From contig JAKFYK010000025.1 in the NCBI GenBank assembly GCA_021730905.1, forward strand, positions 81,377-145,376: a DNA stretch of 64,000 nt, given 5' to 3'. Under the pieces are notes generated by a model. That model had not been told where the DNA came from. It did not search any database and was given only the letters and a program-made list of their open reading frames with translations. Below, piece after piece: positions 11,713 to 21,600 of this stretch. The position numbers and the translations under genes are program-made. Each line of letters starts with the position of its first letter. Within the stretch, counting starts at the first letter, position 1. The DNA is from Betaproteobacteria bacterium (GTDB taxonomy: Bacteria; Pseudomonadota; Gammaproteobacteria; Burkholderiales; SG8-41).

Positions 11713-12648
11713 TCAACCGGCGGCTTCCGACGGTTTCTTCTCGGCTCGCGCAAGGTCTTCGCGCCGCAGGCCCAGCCACATCAACAAAGGGCTGCCGACC
11801 AACACTGACGAATAAATGCCGAAGCAGATGCCGATGGTCAGCGCGAGCGCAAAATAATGCAGCGTCTCGCCGCCGAAGATCAGCATCGAGCACACCATCA
11901 ACTGCGTGCAACCGTGGGTGATGATGGTGCGCGACATGGTGGCGGTAATTGCGTTGTCGATCACCTGCGGCACTGGTGTGTTGCGAAACTTGCGGTTGCG
12001 GAAATTCTCGCGCACCCGGTCCATCACCACCACCGATTCGTTGACCGAATAACCGAGTATGGCCAGTATCGCCGCCAGCACCGGCAGCGAAAATTCCCAC
12101 TGAAAAATGGAAAAAAAACCGAGGATGATCACCACGTCATGCAGGTTGGCGATGATGGCCGAAACCCCAAACTTCCATTCAAAGCGCAGCGCCAGATACC
12201 CGACAATACCCAGCGACACGAACAACAATGCCATGGCGCCGTTCTCCAGCAGTTCCTTGCCGACCTGCGGGCCGACGAACTCCGTGCGCTTCAGGTTGAC
12301 GCTGCCATCGATCTGCTTCAACTCCGCCAACACCTGCTCCGACAACTTCGCACTGGTCACGCCCTGCTTCACCGGCAGGCGGATCAGCACGTCGCGCGTG
12401 GTGCCGAAATTCTGCACGCTGGCCTCGGTGAAGCCCAGCTTGGCCATCGAGTCGCGTATCTTGTTGAGGTCGGCAGGCTGGCTGTAGCTCACCTCCATCA
12501 CCGTGCCGCCGGTAAAATCCACGCCGAGATGCAAGCCTTTGGTCGACAGTGCCACCACTGCGACGACAAACGTGATCAGTGAGATCACGTTGAAGATCAG
12601 CGCATGGCGCATGAACGGGATATCGCGTTTTATTCTGAAGAATTCCAT
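11713..12648 (-). CDS. secF: protein translocase subunit SecF
   Basis: MEFFRIKRDIPFMRHALIFNVIS, GVDFTGGT and the SecF membrane core. Confidence 0.95.
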   Translation of the reverse strand: MEFFRIKRDIPFMRHALIFNVISLITFVVAVVALSTKGLHLGVDFTGGTVMEVSYSQPADLNKIRDSMAKLGFTEASVQNFGTTRDVLIRLPVKQGVTSAKLSEQVLAELKQIDGSVNLKRTEFVGPQVGKELLENGAMALLFVSLGIVGYLALRFEWKFGVSAIIANLHDVVIILGFFSIFQWEFSLPVLAAILAILGYSVNESVVVMDRVRENFRNRKFRNTPVPQVIDNAITATMSRTIITHGCTQLMVCSMLIFGGETLHYFALALTIGICFGIYSSVLVGSPLLMWLGLRREDLARAEKKPSEAAG

Positions 12649-12679
12649 GATAGTTTTCGCAGGCGGTCAGACGGATGCC

Positions 12680-14575
12680 CTAGGCCCTCTGCTCCTTCTG
12701 CTCCGTGGGTCTCCACACCTGCCCGATCGACACGCTGTCCAGTTTGCGCCGCGTGCCGTACCACAGATTCACCAGCGCGCGCGACAACATCACCGCACTG
12801 AACATTGAAGTCAGAATGCCCAGACAGTGAACCACCGCGAATCCCTTGACCGGCCCGGAGCCGAATGCAAACAGCGCGACGCCCGCTATCAAGGTGGTGA
12901 CGTTGGAATCCAGAATGGTGCCCCACGCGCGTTCGTAGCCGGCAAAGATCGCCGCCTGTGGCGTATTGCCGCCGCGTAACTCCTCGCGCACGCGCTCGTT
13001 GATCAGCACATTGGCGTCGATCGCCATGCCCAGCGCCAGCGCGATGGCCGCAATGCCAGGCAGTGTCAGCGTCGCCTGCAGCATAGACAACAATGCTATT
13101 AAAAACAAAAGGTTACATGCAAGCGCCACAATCGAGATCACGCCAAACAGCCCATAATAAATGACCATGAATACGGCGATGGCGGCAAAACCGTACCACA
13201 TCGACTGGAAACCGATCTTGATATTCTCCGCGCCAAGCGACGGCCCCACTGTGCGCTCCTCCACAATTTCCATCGGCGCCGCCAGCGCACCGGCGCGCAG
13301 CAGCAACGACAAATCCTTGGTCTCGGTGGTGGTCTTGAAACCGGTGATCTGAAAGCGCGCGCCCAGTTCGGACTGAATCACTGGAGCGGTCAGCACTTCC
13401 GCCTTGCCGCGGTCGATCAGCAAAATCGCCATGCGACGCTTGACGGACTCACGCGTCACTTGCGTGACGATGCGCGCCCCCTGCCCATCGACGGTGATAC
13501 TGATAATCGGCCGGTTGTCGGTGGAATCAAACCCCGGCGACGCGTCGGTCAGGCGCTCACCGGTAAGCACCACCTGCTTGCTGAGCAGCAGCGCTTCCTT
13601 GCCGCTGTCGCGCTGCGAGTAGTGCAGCTCGGTGCCGAAAGGCACCTGCCCCTTGACTGCCTGCTCGATTTTCTGCGGATCGTAATTGCGCGAAGCCGGG
13701 TCGCCGGCATGCGCCTCGACCATGCGGATTTCCAGTGTGGCGGTACGGCCCAGAATATCCTTGGCGCGCGTCGTGTCCTGCACGCCGGGCAACTGCACTA
13801 CCACGCGGTCGGAACCCTGCTGCTGAATGATAGGTTCGGCAACACCGAGTTCGTTCACGCGATTGCGCAGCGTCAGAATATTTTGTTGCAGCGCGCTTTC
13901 CTGCGTGCGCCTTTCCGCCTCGAGCTTGAGCCTGCCGGTCACACGGAATTCACCGCCGTCCTCCTGTGACCTCAGCTCGAGATCGGGCATGGATTTTTCG
14001 ATCTCGGCCACGCCCTTGTCGCGCGCATCCTTATCGCGAAAGCGCACGATGACCGTATCCTTGTCACGCGACACACCGGTATATTGAATGCGCTTGTCGC
14101 GTAAGCTGCTGCGGATATCGTTAACCGTGGTATCGATCTTCTTGTTGAGCGCGGCCTTCATGTCCACCTGCAGCAGAAAATGCACGCCGCCGCGCAAATC
14201 CAGCCCCAGATACATCGGCAGCGCGCCGATTGATGACAGCCAGTCCGGACTGCGCGACAGCAAATTGAGCGCCACCACGTAATCTTCGCCCAACTGCGTC
14301 TGCAGCAATTCCTTTGCCTTCAGTTGCGAGTCGGTATCGCCAAAGCGCGCCTTGACGCCGGTGGGATCCTGCACCAACCCATCGGGCTTGAGGCCGCCCT
14401 TCGTCAGCGCATCCTCAACACGGCCCAATAACGTCGAATCCACTTTCGTCGTGGGTTTGATCGGCGACACCTGCACCGCGGGCGATTCGCCAAAAAAGTT
14501 CGGCACGGTATACAAAAAACCGAGCGCGAGCACAGTCAGTATCAGTATGTATTTCCAGAGTGGATAGCGGTTCAT
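12680..14575 (-). CDS. secD: protein translocase subunit SecD
   Basis: MNRYPLWKYILI, LGLDLRGGVHFLLQVD and the C-terminal six-helix core; adjacent to secF. Confidence 0.95.
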   Translation of the reverse strand: MNRYPLWKYILILTVLALGFLYTVPNFFGESPAVQVSPIKPTTKVDSTLLGRVEDALTKGGLKPDGLVQDPTGVKARFGDTDSQLKAKELLQTQLGEDYVVALNLLSRSPDWLSSIGALPMYLGLDLRGGVHFLLQVDMKAALNKKIDTTVNDIRSSLRDKRIQYTGVSRDKDTVIVRFRDKDARDKGVAEIEKSMPDLELRSQEDGGEFRVTGRLKLEAERRTQESALQQNILTLRNRVNELGVAEPIIQQQGSDRVVVQLPGVQDTTRAKDILGRTATLEIRMVEAHAGDPASRNYDPQKIEQAVKGQVPFGTELHYSQRDSGKEALLLSKQVVLTGERLTDASPGFDSTDNRPIISITVDGQGARIVTQVTRESVKRRMAILLIDRGKAEVLTAPVIQSELGARFQITGFKTTTETKDLSLLLRAGALAAPMEIVEERTVGPSLGAENIKIGFQSMWYGFAAIAVFMVIYYGLFGVISIVALACNLLFLIALLSMLQATLTLPGIAAIALALGMAIDANVLINERVREELRGGNTPQAAIFAGYERAWGTILDSNVTTLIAGVALFAFGSGPVKGFAVVHCLGILTSMFSAVMLSRALVNLWYGTRRKLDSVSIGQVWRPTEQKEQRA

Positions 14576-14580
14576 TTTAT

Positions 14581-14657
14581 CGTTAGACGTGAGGCGTGAG
14601 ACGTAAGGCGCGAGTGGGTGATGAAATGCTCCTCACGCCTCACGTCTTTCGCCTCAC
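14581..14657. repeat. heptad-periodic palindromic intergenic element H1
   Basis: Reads in 7-mers as CGTTAGA CGTGAGG CGTGAGA CGTAAGG CGCGAGT ... TCCTCAC GCCTCAC GTCTTTC GCCTCAC. Perfect 16-bp arms at 14585-14600 and 14632-14647. Fills the yajC-secD spacer. Confidence 0.85.
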
Positions 14658-14977
14658 GAGATGTTCTTGATCGTGCCTTTGGGCAGCACCACCTGCACAG
14701 CGGAGCGCTGGAGTACCATTTCCACGCCCTGCGCGACTTCGAGCGTGACGTAGTTCTCATTAATCTTGGACACACGACCCAGTATGCCGCCGCCACTGAT
14801 GACCTCATCGCCTTTTTGCAGCGCCTCGATCATCGCCTTATGTTCCTTGGCGCGCTTCATCTGCGGGCGGATCATCAGGAAATACAGCACGCCGAACATC
14901 AATACGATAAGCAGCATGCTTTCGATGCCGCCGCCCTGCGCCCCGCCGCTCTGGGCCCATGCCTCGCTGATAAACAT
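14654..14977 (-). CDS. yajC: preprotein translocase subunit YajC
   Basis: LLIVLMFGVLYFLMIRPQMKRAKEHKAMIEALQKGDEV is the YajC signature. Confidence 0.9.
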   Translation of the reverse strand: MFISEAWAQSGGAQGGGIESMLLIVLMFGVLYFLMIRPQMKRAKEHKAMIEALQKGDEVISGGGILGRVSKINENYVTLEVAQGVEMVLQRSAVQVVLPKGTIKNIS

Positions 14978-15083
14978 TGCCTCTCCCCGGAATGCTGCTT
15001 TTGGTCAGATTGCGGCAGAACTCAAGAGTTCAAGCCGCAGTCGCAAAACCTTTGTATTTTAACCTATTTTTGCGTTTATCGGC

Positions 15084-16214
<1,131 letters not shown>

Positions 16215-16661
16215 CTACTCCACGCCAGTCGTGCGCAACGCTTCGAGCGCACGGCGTATGTCCGCGGGCATTGCCACCGGGCGCTGCGTCTGCCGGTCAC
16301 AAGCCACGTGCACAAAATGCCCCTGTGCCGCGGCCCGAGGTTCGTCATTGCGGAAAATACCGATCTCATAGCGCACACTGCTGTTGCCCAGATGCGCGAC
16401 GCGCAGGCCGCAATGCACGGTATCCGGAAACGAAATCGGGCTGAAAAACTGGCAACCTGTATCGACCACCAGACACACCACCGGTGAACCCTCAAGATCA
16501 AGCACACCCTGCCGCATCATGAATTCGTTCACCGCAGTATCAAAAAACGAATAATAGACAACGTTATTCACATGGCGATAAACGTCGTTATCCATCCAGC
16601 GCGTGGTGATGGTAATGAAATGCCGATAGGCATCGCGGGTGTTGGGCTGCAGGCGTGTCAA
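16215..16661 (-). CDS. 4HBT/YbgC-like acyl-CoA thioesterase
   Basis: TRWMDNDVYRHVNNVVYYSFFDTAVNEF is a hot-dog thioesterase N-terminal motif. Confidence 0.8.
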   Translation of the reverse strand: MTRLQPNTRDAYRHFITITTRWMDNDVYRHVNNVVYYSFFDTAVNEFMMRQGVLDLEGSPVVCLVVDTGCQFFSPISFPDTVHCGLRVAHLGNSSVRYEIGIFRNDEPRAAAQGHFVHVACDRQTQRPVAMPADIRRALEALRTTGVE

Positions 16662-16677
16662 TGGAGAACTTTTTTGT

Positions 16678-17703
16678 TCAGGCTCGTTCGATCAGCATGG
16701 CATCTCCGTAGCTGAAAAAGCGGTATCGTTTGTCTATGGCATGCCGGTAAGCGCGGCGCACATTATCCATGCCCGCGAACGCCGACACCAGCATCAGCAG
16801 CGTGGATTTCGGCAAATGAAAATTGGTGAGCAGCCGATCCGCCACCTTGAACGCGTAACCCGGTGTGATGAACAAACGCGTGTCGCCGGTTCCCGCCTTC
16901 AAGTCCCCATCCGCCGCAGCCGACTCCAGCGCGCGCAGGCTGGTGGTGCCCACCGCGATGACACGCGAACCGCGTTCGCGCGCCGTGCGTATTGCGTCGA
17001 CCGTGGCCTGCGGCACGTCATACCATTCGCTGTGCATCCGGTGCTCGCGCACATCCGCAACGCGCACCGGCTGAAAGGTGCCCGCGCCCACATGCAGCGT
17101 GATATGTGCGATGGTCACGCCCCGCTGCTTCAGCGCTTCCAGCATCGCCGCATCAAAATGCAGCCCTGCCGTGGGCGCAGCCACGGCACCCGGTGCGCGC
17201 GCATAGACCGTTTGATAGCGCGCTTCGTCCATCGCATCGGCAGCGTGGGCGATGTACGGTGGCAGCGGCACCGCGCCGTGGCGTTCGAGCAAGGCAAAAA
17301 TGTCGGAACAATCCTCAAAGCGCAGTTCAAAAAATTCACCCTGTCTGCCCAGCACAGTGGCGATAGTGCCGCCAGAGAGCATGAACCGGCTGCCGACACG
17401 TGGTGATTTGCTTGCGCGCACCTGCGCCAGCGTCCGGTCACTCGCCAGCACGCGCTCGACCAGCACTTCGACCTTCCCACCGCTGTCCTTGGCTCCGGTG
17501 AGGCGCGCCTTGATCACGCGCGTGTCGTTGAAAACCATCACGTCGCCGCGCACGACGTTTTCAGCAAGATGGCTGAAATGGCTATCGGCCAGCGCTCCCG
17601 TCTTGCCATCGAGCAGCAGCAAACGGCTGGCGCTGCGCTCTTCGGCTGGCGACTGCGCGATCAGTTCCGCTGGCAGCTCAAAATCAAAGTCGTCGAGAAG
17701 CAT
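16678..17703 (-). CDS. queA: S-adenosylmethionine:tRNA ribosyltransferase-isomerase
   Basis: Start at [29 protein letters not shown] and [10 protein letters not shown]. The longer ORF to 17889 runs through the tRNA and is rejected. Confidence 0.95.
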   Translation of the reverse strand: MLLDDFDFELPAELIAQSPAEERSASRLLLLDGKTGALADSHFSHLAENVVRGDVMVFNDTRVIKARLTGAKDSGGKVEVLVERVLASDRTLAQVRASKSPRVGSRFMLSGGTIATVLGRQGEFFELRFEDCSDIFALLERHGAVPLPPYIAHAADAMDEARYQTVYARAPGAVAAPTAGLHFDAAMLEALKQRGVTIAHITLHVGAGTFQPVRVADVREHRMHSEWYDVPQATVDAIRTARERGSRVIAVGTTSLRALESAAADGDLKAGTGDTRLFITPGYAFKVADRLLTNFHLPKSTLLMLVSAFAGMDNVRRAYRHAIDKRYRFFSYGDAMLIERA

Positions 17704-17789
17704 CGCGCGGATTATACGTGGCGGAAAATATCGATATCGCGCAACGGCGTTTGCGGCGCTATAATCGCGCCATCCAGTTGGCTTACCTT

Positions 17790-17876
17790 GCCGGGATGGC
17801 GGAATTGGTAGACGCACGGGACTCAAAATCCCGCGCTGGCAACAGCGTGCCGGTTCGATTCCGGCTCCCGGCACCA
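17790..17876 (+). tRNA. tRNA-Leu (anticodon CAA)
   Basis: GCCGGGA acceptor pairs with TCCCGGC+ACCA. Anticodon stem CGGGA/TCCCG has loop CT-CAA-AA. Long variable arm and T-arm GCCGG-TTCGATT-CCGGC. Confidence 0.95.
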
Positions 17877-17979
17877 AGAACACTTCCAAGAACGTCCAAA
17901 CAAGTCCGAGAAAAGCGATTTTCTCCTATCAAAACAGCGAAATTAACGTCCAACGCTGTCCAGGCCGGTTTGTTGACTT

Positions 17980-18040
17980 CTGATGGTATCTGATGGTATT
18001 TCTGCTGGTATCTCAAGACGAGTGCCGACGAGATACCATC
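17980..18040 (+). promoter_or_regulatory. putative integrase arm-type sites, left end
   Basis: CTGATGGTAT at 17980 and 17990, and CTGCTGGTAT at 18002, are direct repeats. An inverted copy ATACCATC at 18033-18040 abuts the int ATG. Confidence 0.5.
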
Positions 18041-19258
18041 ATGCCCCTTACTGACCTCCATGTTAAGAATGCCAAACCTACCAATGCGCCTATCAAGTGC
18101 TCAGACGGTGACGGCATGTACCTACTTGTTCAGCCTAACGGCGGAAAATACTGGCGATTCAATTATCGATTTGCAGGCAAGCAAAAAACACTCGCACTGG
18201 GTACCTATCCTGAGGTGAGCCTCGTAAGCGCGCGCAAGAAGCGCGCAGTCGCCCGCGAACTGCTAGCGGCTGATCCTCCTGTCGATCCGATGATGCAACG
18301 TAAGGCCGACCGACGGGAAAACGCTCAACGCGCCTTGCACACCTTTGAAAACATCGCCCGCGAGTGGTGGGAAACCAAGCGCGGCGGCTGGTCTTCAAGC
18401 CATACCAATGCTGTCTTGTCACGCCTTGAAAAGGAGGTGTTCCCTGACTTGGGCGCACGTCCGCTTGCGGATATCACAGCTCCCGAATTACTCGACGTCA
18501 TCAGGAGTGTTGAACGCCGGGGCGCGCTTGAACTGGCCTCTAAAACCTTAATTATCGCCGGACAGGTATTCCGTTACGCAATTGCCACCGGAAGAGCCAA
18601 AGCAGACGTTTCGCGCGATCTGCGGGGTGCCCTCAAAACACGAGAAGTTAATCACTACGCCAAGCTATCAGAAGGTGAACTACCTGAATTTTTGAGAAAA
18701 CTGGATGACTACGATGGCAATCCTCTAACCCAATACGCTATAAAGCTGCTGGTCCAGACCTTTGTCCGCACAGGCGAACTACGCGGAGCACTTTGGACGG
18801 AGATTGACTTCGATAAGCGCGAATGGCGCATCCCGGCAGAGCGCATGAAGATGGGCGTCGAGCATATAGTGCCCTTGTCTAGCCAGAGCATTACTTTACT
18901 GGAGAGCATCAAAACGCTAAGTGGGAATCGTAGCTACGTATTCCCGAACGAACATCGCCCACAACATTTTATGAGCGAGAATACCGTCCTGTATGCCCTT
19001 TACCGTATGGGATACCGAGGAAGGGCAACCGGCCACGGATTCCGTGCCACCGCCAGCACGATTCTGAATGAACAAGGCTGGAATGCCGATGCGATTGAAC
19101 GACAACTTGCGCATGGCGAAAAAGACAAAGTTCGGGCCGCTTACAATTCTGCACAATATTTGCCGCTGAGACGCAAGATGATGCAGCACTGGGCGGATTA
19201 TCTGGACAAGGTAAAACGCGGGGCTAAGGTAATCCCCTTTCGCAGTAATGCACGCTAA
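18041..19258 (+). CDS. int: tyrosine recombinase, P4-type integrase (DUF4102-like N-domain)
   Basis: MPLTDLHVKNAKP...DGDGMYLLVQPNGGKYWRFNYRFAGKQKTLALGTYPEVSL, catalytic HGFRATAST and LAHGEKDKVRAAY. Confidence 0.9.
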   Translation: MPLTDLHVKNAKPTNAPIKCSDGDGMYLLVQPNGGKYWRFNYRFAGKQKTLALGTYPEVSLVSARKKRAVARELLAADPPVDPMMQRKADRRENAQRALHTFENIAREWWETKRGGWSSSHTNAVLSRLEKEVFPDLGARPLADITAPELLDVIRSVERRGALELASKTLIIAGQVFRYAIATGRAKADVSRDLRGALKTREVNHYAKLSEGELPEFLRKLDDYDGNPLTQYAIKLLVQTFVRTGELRGALWTEIDFDKREWRIPAERMKMGVEHIVPLSSQSITLLESIKTLSGNRSYVFPNEHRPQHFMSENTVLYALYRMGYRGRATGHGFRATASTILNEQGWNADAIERQLAHGEKDKVRAAYNSAQYLPLRRKMMQHWADYLDKVKRGAKVIPFRSNAR

Positions 19259-19260
19259 TC

Positions 19261-19386
19261 TTCAATCGTACCATCGTGCCGAATACCTTCCCGAACACCG
19301 CAAAATGATGCATGCGTGGGCGGACTATCTGGACAAGCTAAAATCCGGGGCGAACGTAATACCGCTACACCGCAACGCAGATTAAC
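19261..19386 (+). pseudogene. C-terminal remnant (~41 codons) of a second, diverged P4-type integrase
   Basis: Translates SYHRAEYLPEHRKMMHAWADYLDKLKSGANVIPLHRNAD*. This aligns with the last residues of the intact integrase (AYNSAQYLPLRRKMMQHWADYLDKVKRGAKVIPFRSNAR*) and starts 3 nt after its stop codon. Confidence 0.75.
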
Positions 19387-19512
19387 GTTTAGCCACACCT
19401 GGCCCTTCCGCACGAAAACTGGAAAACCTTCGCCTCACTACCGTACGCCCGCGATGGCAGGCGTTGAGTGCACGTACTTTGAACCGCACTAATTGCGCTT
19501 TGGGTCGATGTA

Positions 19513-19857
19513 TCAGGTCCGGCTGGCAACGCGGCGGCGGTCTATTAGCACTGCGACTTTGGTCGTGCGGCGATCAGAAAGTCCGGCACGACGGATCAAT
19601 TCGTTCCAGACCTCGTCGCCGTCATCAGCTTTGAATCTGATATACAACGCCACTTCCTCGGGAAAAGCACCACCACAACCAAGGCGATCAAGCCGGTACG
19701 TACCTGCGCCCGAGGAAGTATCGGCCTCCCAAGCCCGCATTATCACCTGCCATAACGCTCGCTCGAACGGCTCGTCATTGTCGTCAAATCCGTACTGCCA
19801 TTTCAGGAAGGACGCTTCTGCAAACGATATATCTTTGCTGCGAGACTCTATACTCAT
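19513..19857 (-). CDS. hypothetical protein (island cargo)
   Basis: 114-aa ORF with a GAGGGG RBS. Acidic, with no family recognised. Confidence 0.5.
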   Translation of the reverse strand: MSIESRSKDISFAEASFLKWQYGFDDNDEPFERALWQVIMRAWEADTSSGAGTYRLDRLGCGGAFPEEVALYIRFKADDGDEVWNELIRRAGLSDRRTTKVAVLIDRRRVASRT

Positions 19858-19893
19858 AGCCCCTCGTATTTATTGATTTTCGAGAGCGATACA

Positions 19894-20115
19894 CTACAAC
19901 AGAATAACCGCGAAATACTGGACAACGTGCCACGCAGCCAGTAGCGCCACACTAACAATCAATAGTCGCCTATGCTTCGAGTAGGCGTGCTTTCCTTCAG
20001 GCGATAGCCAGTCCTCAGCAAATCGAGGGCTTTTCCACAAGTACAATAAGATCAGGAGACTGCCAATCGTTATACAAAAGAGACCTGCGGCATTGAGCAT
20101 CCAATTAACAGTCAT
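19894..20115 (-). CDS. small two-helix membrane protein (island cargo)
   Basis: 73 aa, AAGGA RBS, helices GLFCITIGSLLILLYLW and LLIVSVALLAAWHVVQYFAVILL. Confidence 0.5.
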   Translation of the reverse strand: MTVNWMLNAAGLFCITIGSLLILLYLWKSPRFAEDWLSPEGKHAYSKHRRLLIVSVALLAAWHVVQYFAVILL

Positions 20116-20508
20116 TTATTCCTTTCAGCAATACCGCATTCATGTGATTACAAATTTGATCTATCGACACTATATGCGTGCATCAGCAACCATTGTCACA
20201 TCATTTACGAAACCGCTAAAGTTGATTCGTTTTAGCCGAACCATGGGCCGAGAAAAATTAATATTTACGTCTTTTTGCGTACTAAAATACACGTTCAAAA
20301 TGTAGCGAATCCCTGCCCACTGCAATGCTTAGATGGCCATCTATTGCCACTCGTCAGCAGCTGATACGCGCAAGAGTTATCGCACAATGTATTGTTGACT
20401 ATGTGGATGGGGGCTCCAACGCAGTATGGTTGCTGATCCCAAGCAGTATTTCGCTTCGGCAATCGCTTTGCCGAGCGACTTGGTGATAAGAGTCAGATGA
20501 ACATCGTA

Positions 20509-21444
20509 TTAGAACGCGTAGCTCAGGCCAACGCCAGCTCCCCAATTGGGAACAGCATTGCTTAGTCCTTTGAACACGCTGCCGTTCAGACGCACCGCCT
20601 TGGTTATCCGGTGTGAAACGTATGTGGACACTTCTTGCACCGAAGGTCCGTTGTTGCGTGCGGAACTGGCATGGTCGTAAGACACGCCGATCGTGGTTTC
20701 GGGTGTCACTTTGTAACCACCGCCGAGAGCGCCATACCATACGTTACGCAATGAAATACCAGTGGGGTCTCCCAGCCACTTGTAACCCAAACCAGCGTTG
20801 ATGTAGAACTTGCCTATAGATTTCTCTGCTTCGAATTGCAACGCATAGTCGTTTTTTCCAGAACCCAGGCCGCGTGACTCGCTCGCCGTGGCAAATTTAA
20901 CTTTGCCGGTTACGTCAAGCAGCAAGCCATTGGAATTAATGGCGTTGTATGTTAACGCAGCAACGATGTCGCCAAACCCCTCTTCGGTTCTGCGTGCCGG
21001 TACAACGACGGTGCCACCGCCGGCGGTAACCACGGTCGTTGTGGTTCCTGCGCAAGGGCCATCGTCCTCGGGTTTGCTAGCTCCGCCACGGTTGTCAGCA
21101 GCGCATCCAAAGACGCCTATGCTTCCGCCAGAGCTGTTCGCCGATCCACCCGACGAGCCGCTACTGTCGCTGCCTGATCCACCTATGCCGCCGAGACCGC
21201 TTGGGACGACAGCGCCGGCTCCTGAAATGTGCAGCCACGGCACTGATACTTTGAATGTTACCGGGCCACTGGTATATTTAGCGTGGATAGGCACGCTGGT
21301 GATGGTGGTCCGATCTACACCGCCGTACTTACCACTGGAATAGTCGGAACCTATCCCAAATGAAAATCCGTCTGCATGGCACCATGCAGGTACAACAAAG
21401 CCTGCTGCCGAGACAATCAGTACACGACTAATTAATACTTTCAA
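20509..21444 (-). CDS. outer-membrane beta-barrel protein (MetA/phenol-pathway transporter-like) with a Ser/Gly-rich loop
   Basis: TTG start after GGAGAG, signal peptide, alternating beta-strand pattern and C-terminal ...GAGVGLSYAF (aromatic terminus typical of OMPs). Inserted loop GGIGGSGSDSSGSSGGSANSSGGSIG. Confidence 0.7.
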   Translation of the reverse strand: MKVLISRVLIVSAAGFVVPAWCHADGFSFGIGSDYSSGKYGGVDRTTITSVPIHAKYTSGPVTFKVSVPWLHISGAGAVVPSGLGGIGGSGSDSSGSSGGSANSSGGSIGVFGCAADNRGGASKPEDDGPCAGTTTTVVTAGGGTVVVPARRTEEGFGDIVAALTYNAINSNGLLLDVTGKVKFATASESRGLGSGKNDYALQFEAEKSIGKFYINAGLGYKWLGDPTGISLRNVWYGALGGGYKVTPETTIGVSYDHASSARNNGPSVQEVSTYVSHRITKAVRLNGSVFKGLSNAVPNWGAGVGLSYAF

Positions 21445-21600
21445 GATGCTCTCCTATTCCACTTTTTTTACTTAGCCAATGGCCGAATCGAAATTTGCCG
21501 TCGATTCAGCTATTGGTCGTTTTTAATGCTAATTGTCACATGTAAAGCGTAAATAATTTGTGAAGTCGCTAGGCCAGCGCCCTGCGGAATGTTAAGAATG

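Noticed and set aside
16678-17889. Extended queA ORF (403 aa) and extended integrase ORF from 17993
   Set aside because: The queA extension reads through the tRNA-Leu gene on the opposite strand, and the canonical N-terminus [11 protein letters not shown] starts at 17703. The integrase N-terminus MPLTDLHVKNAKP starts at 18041.
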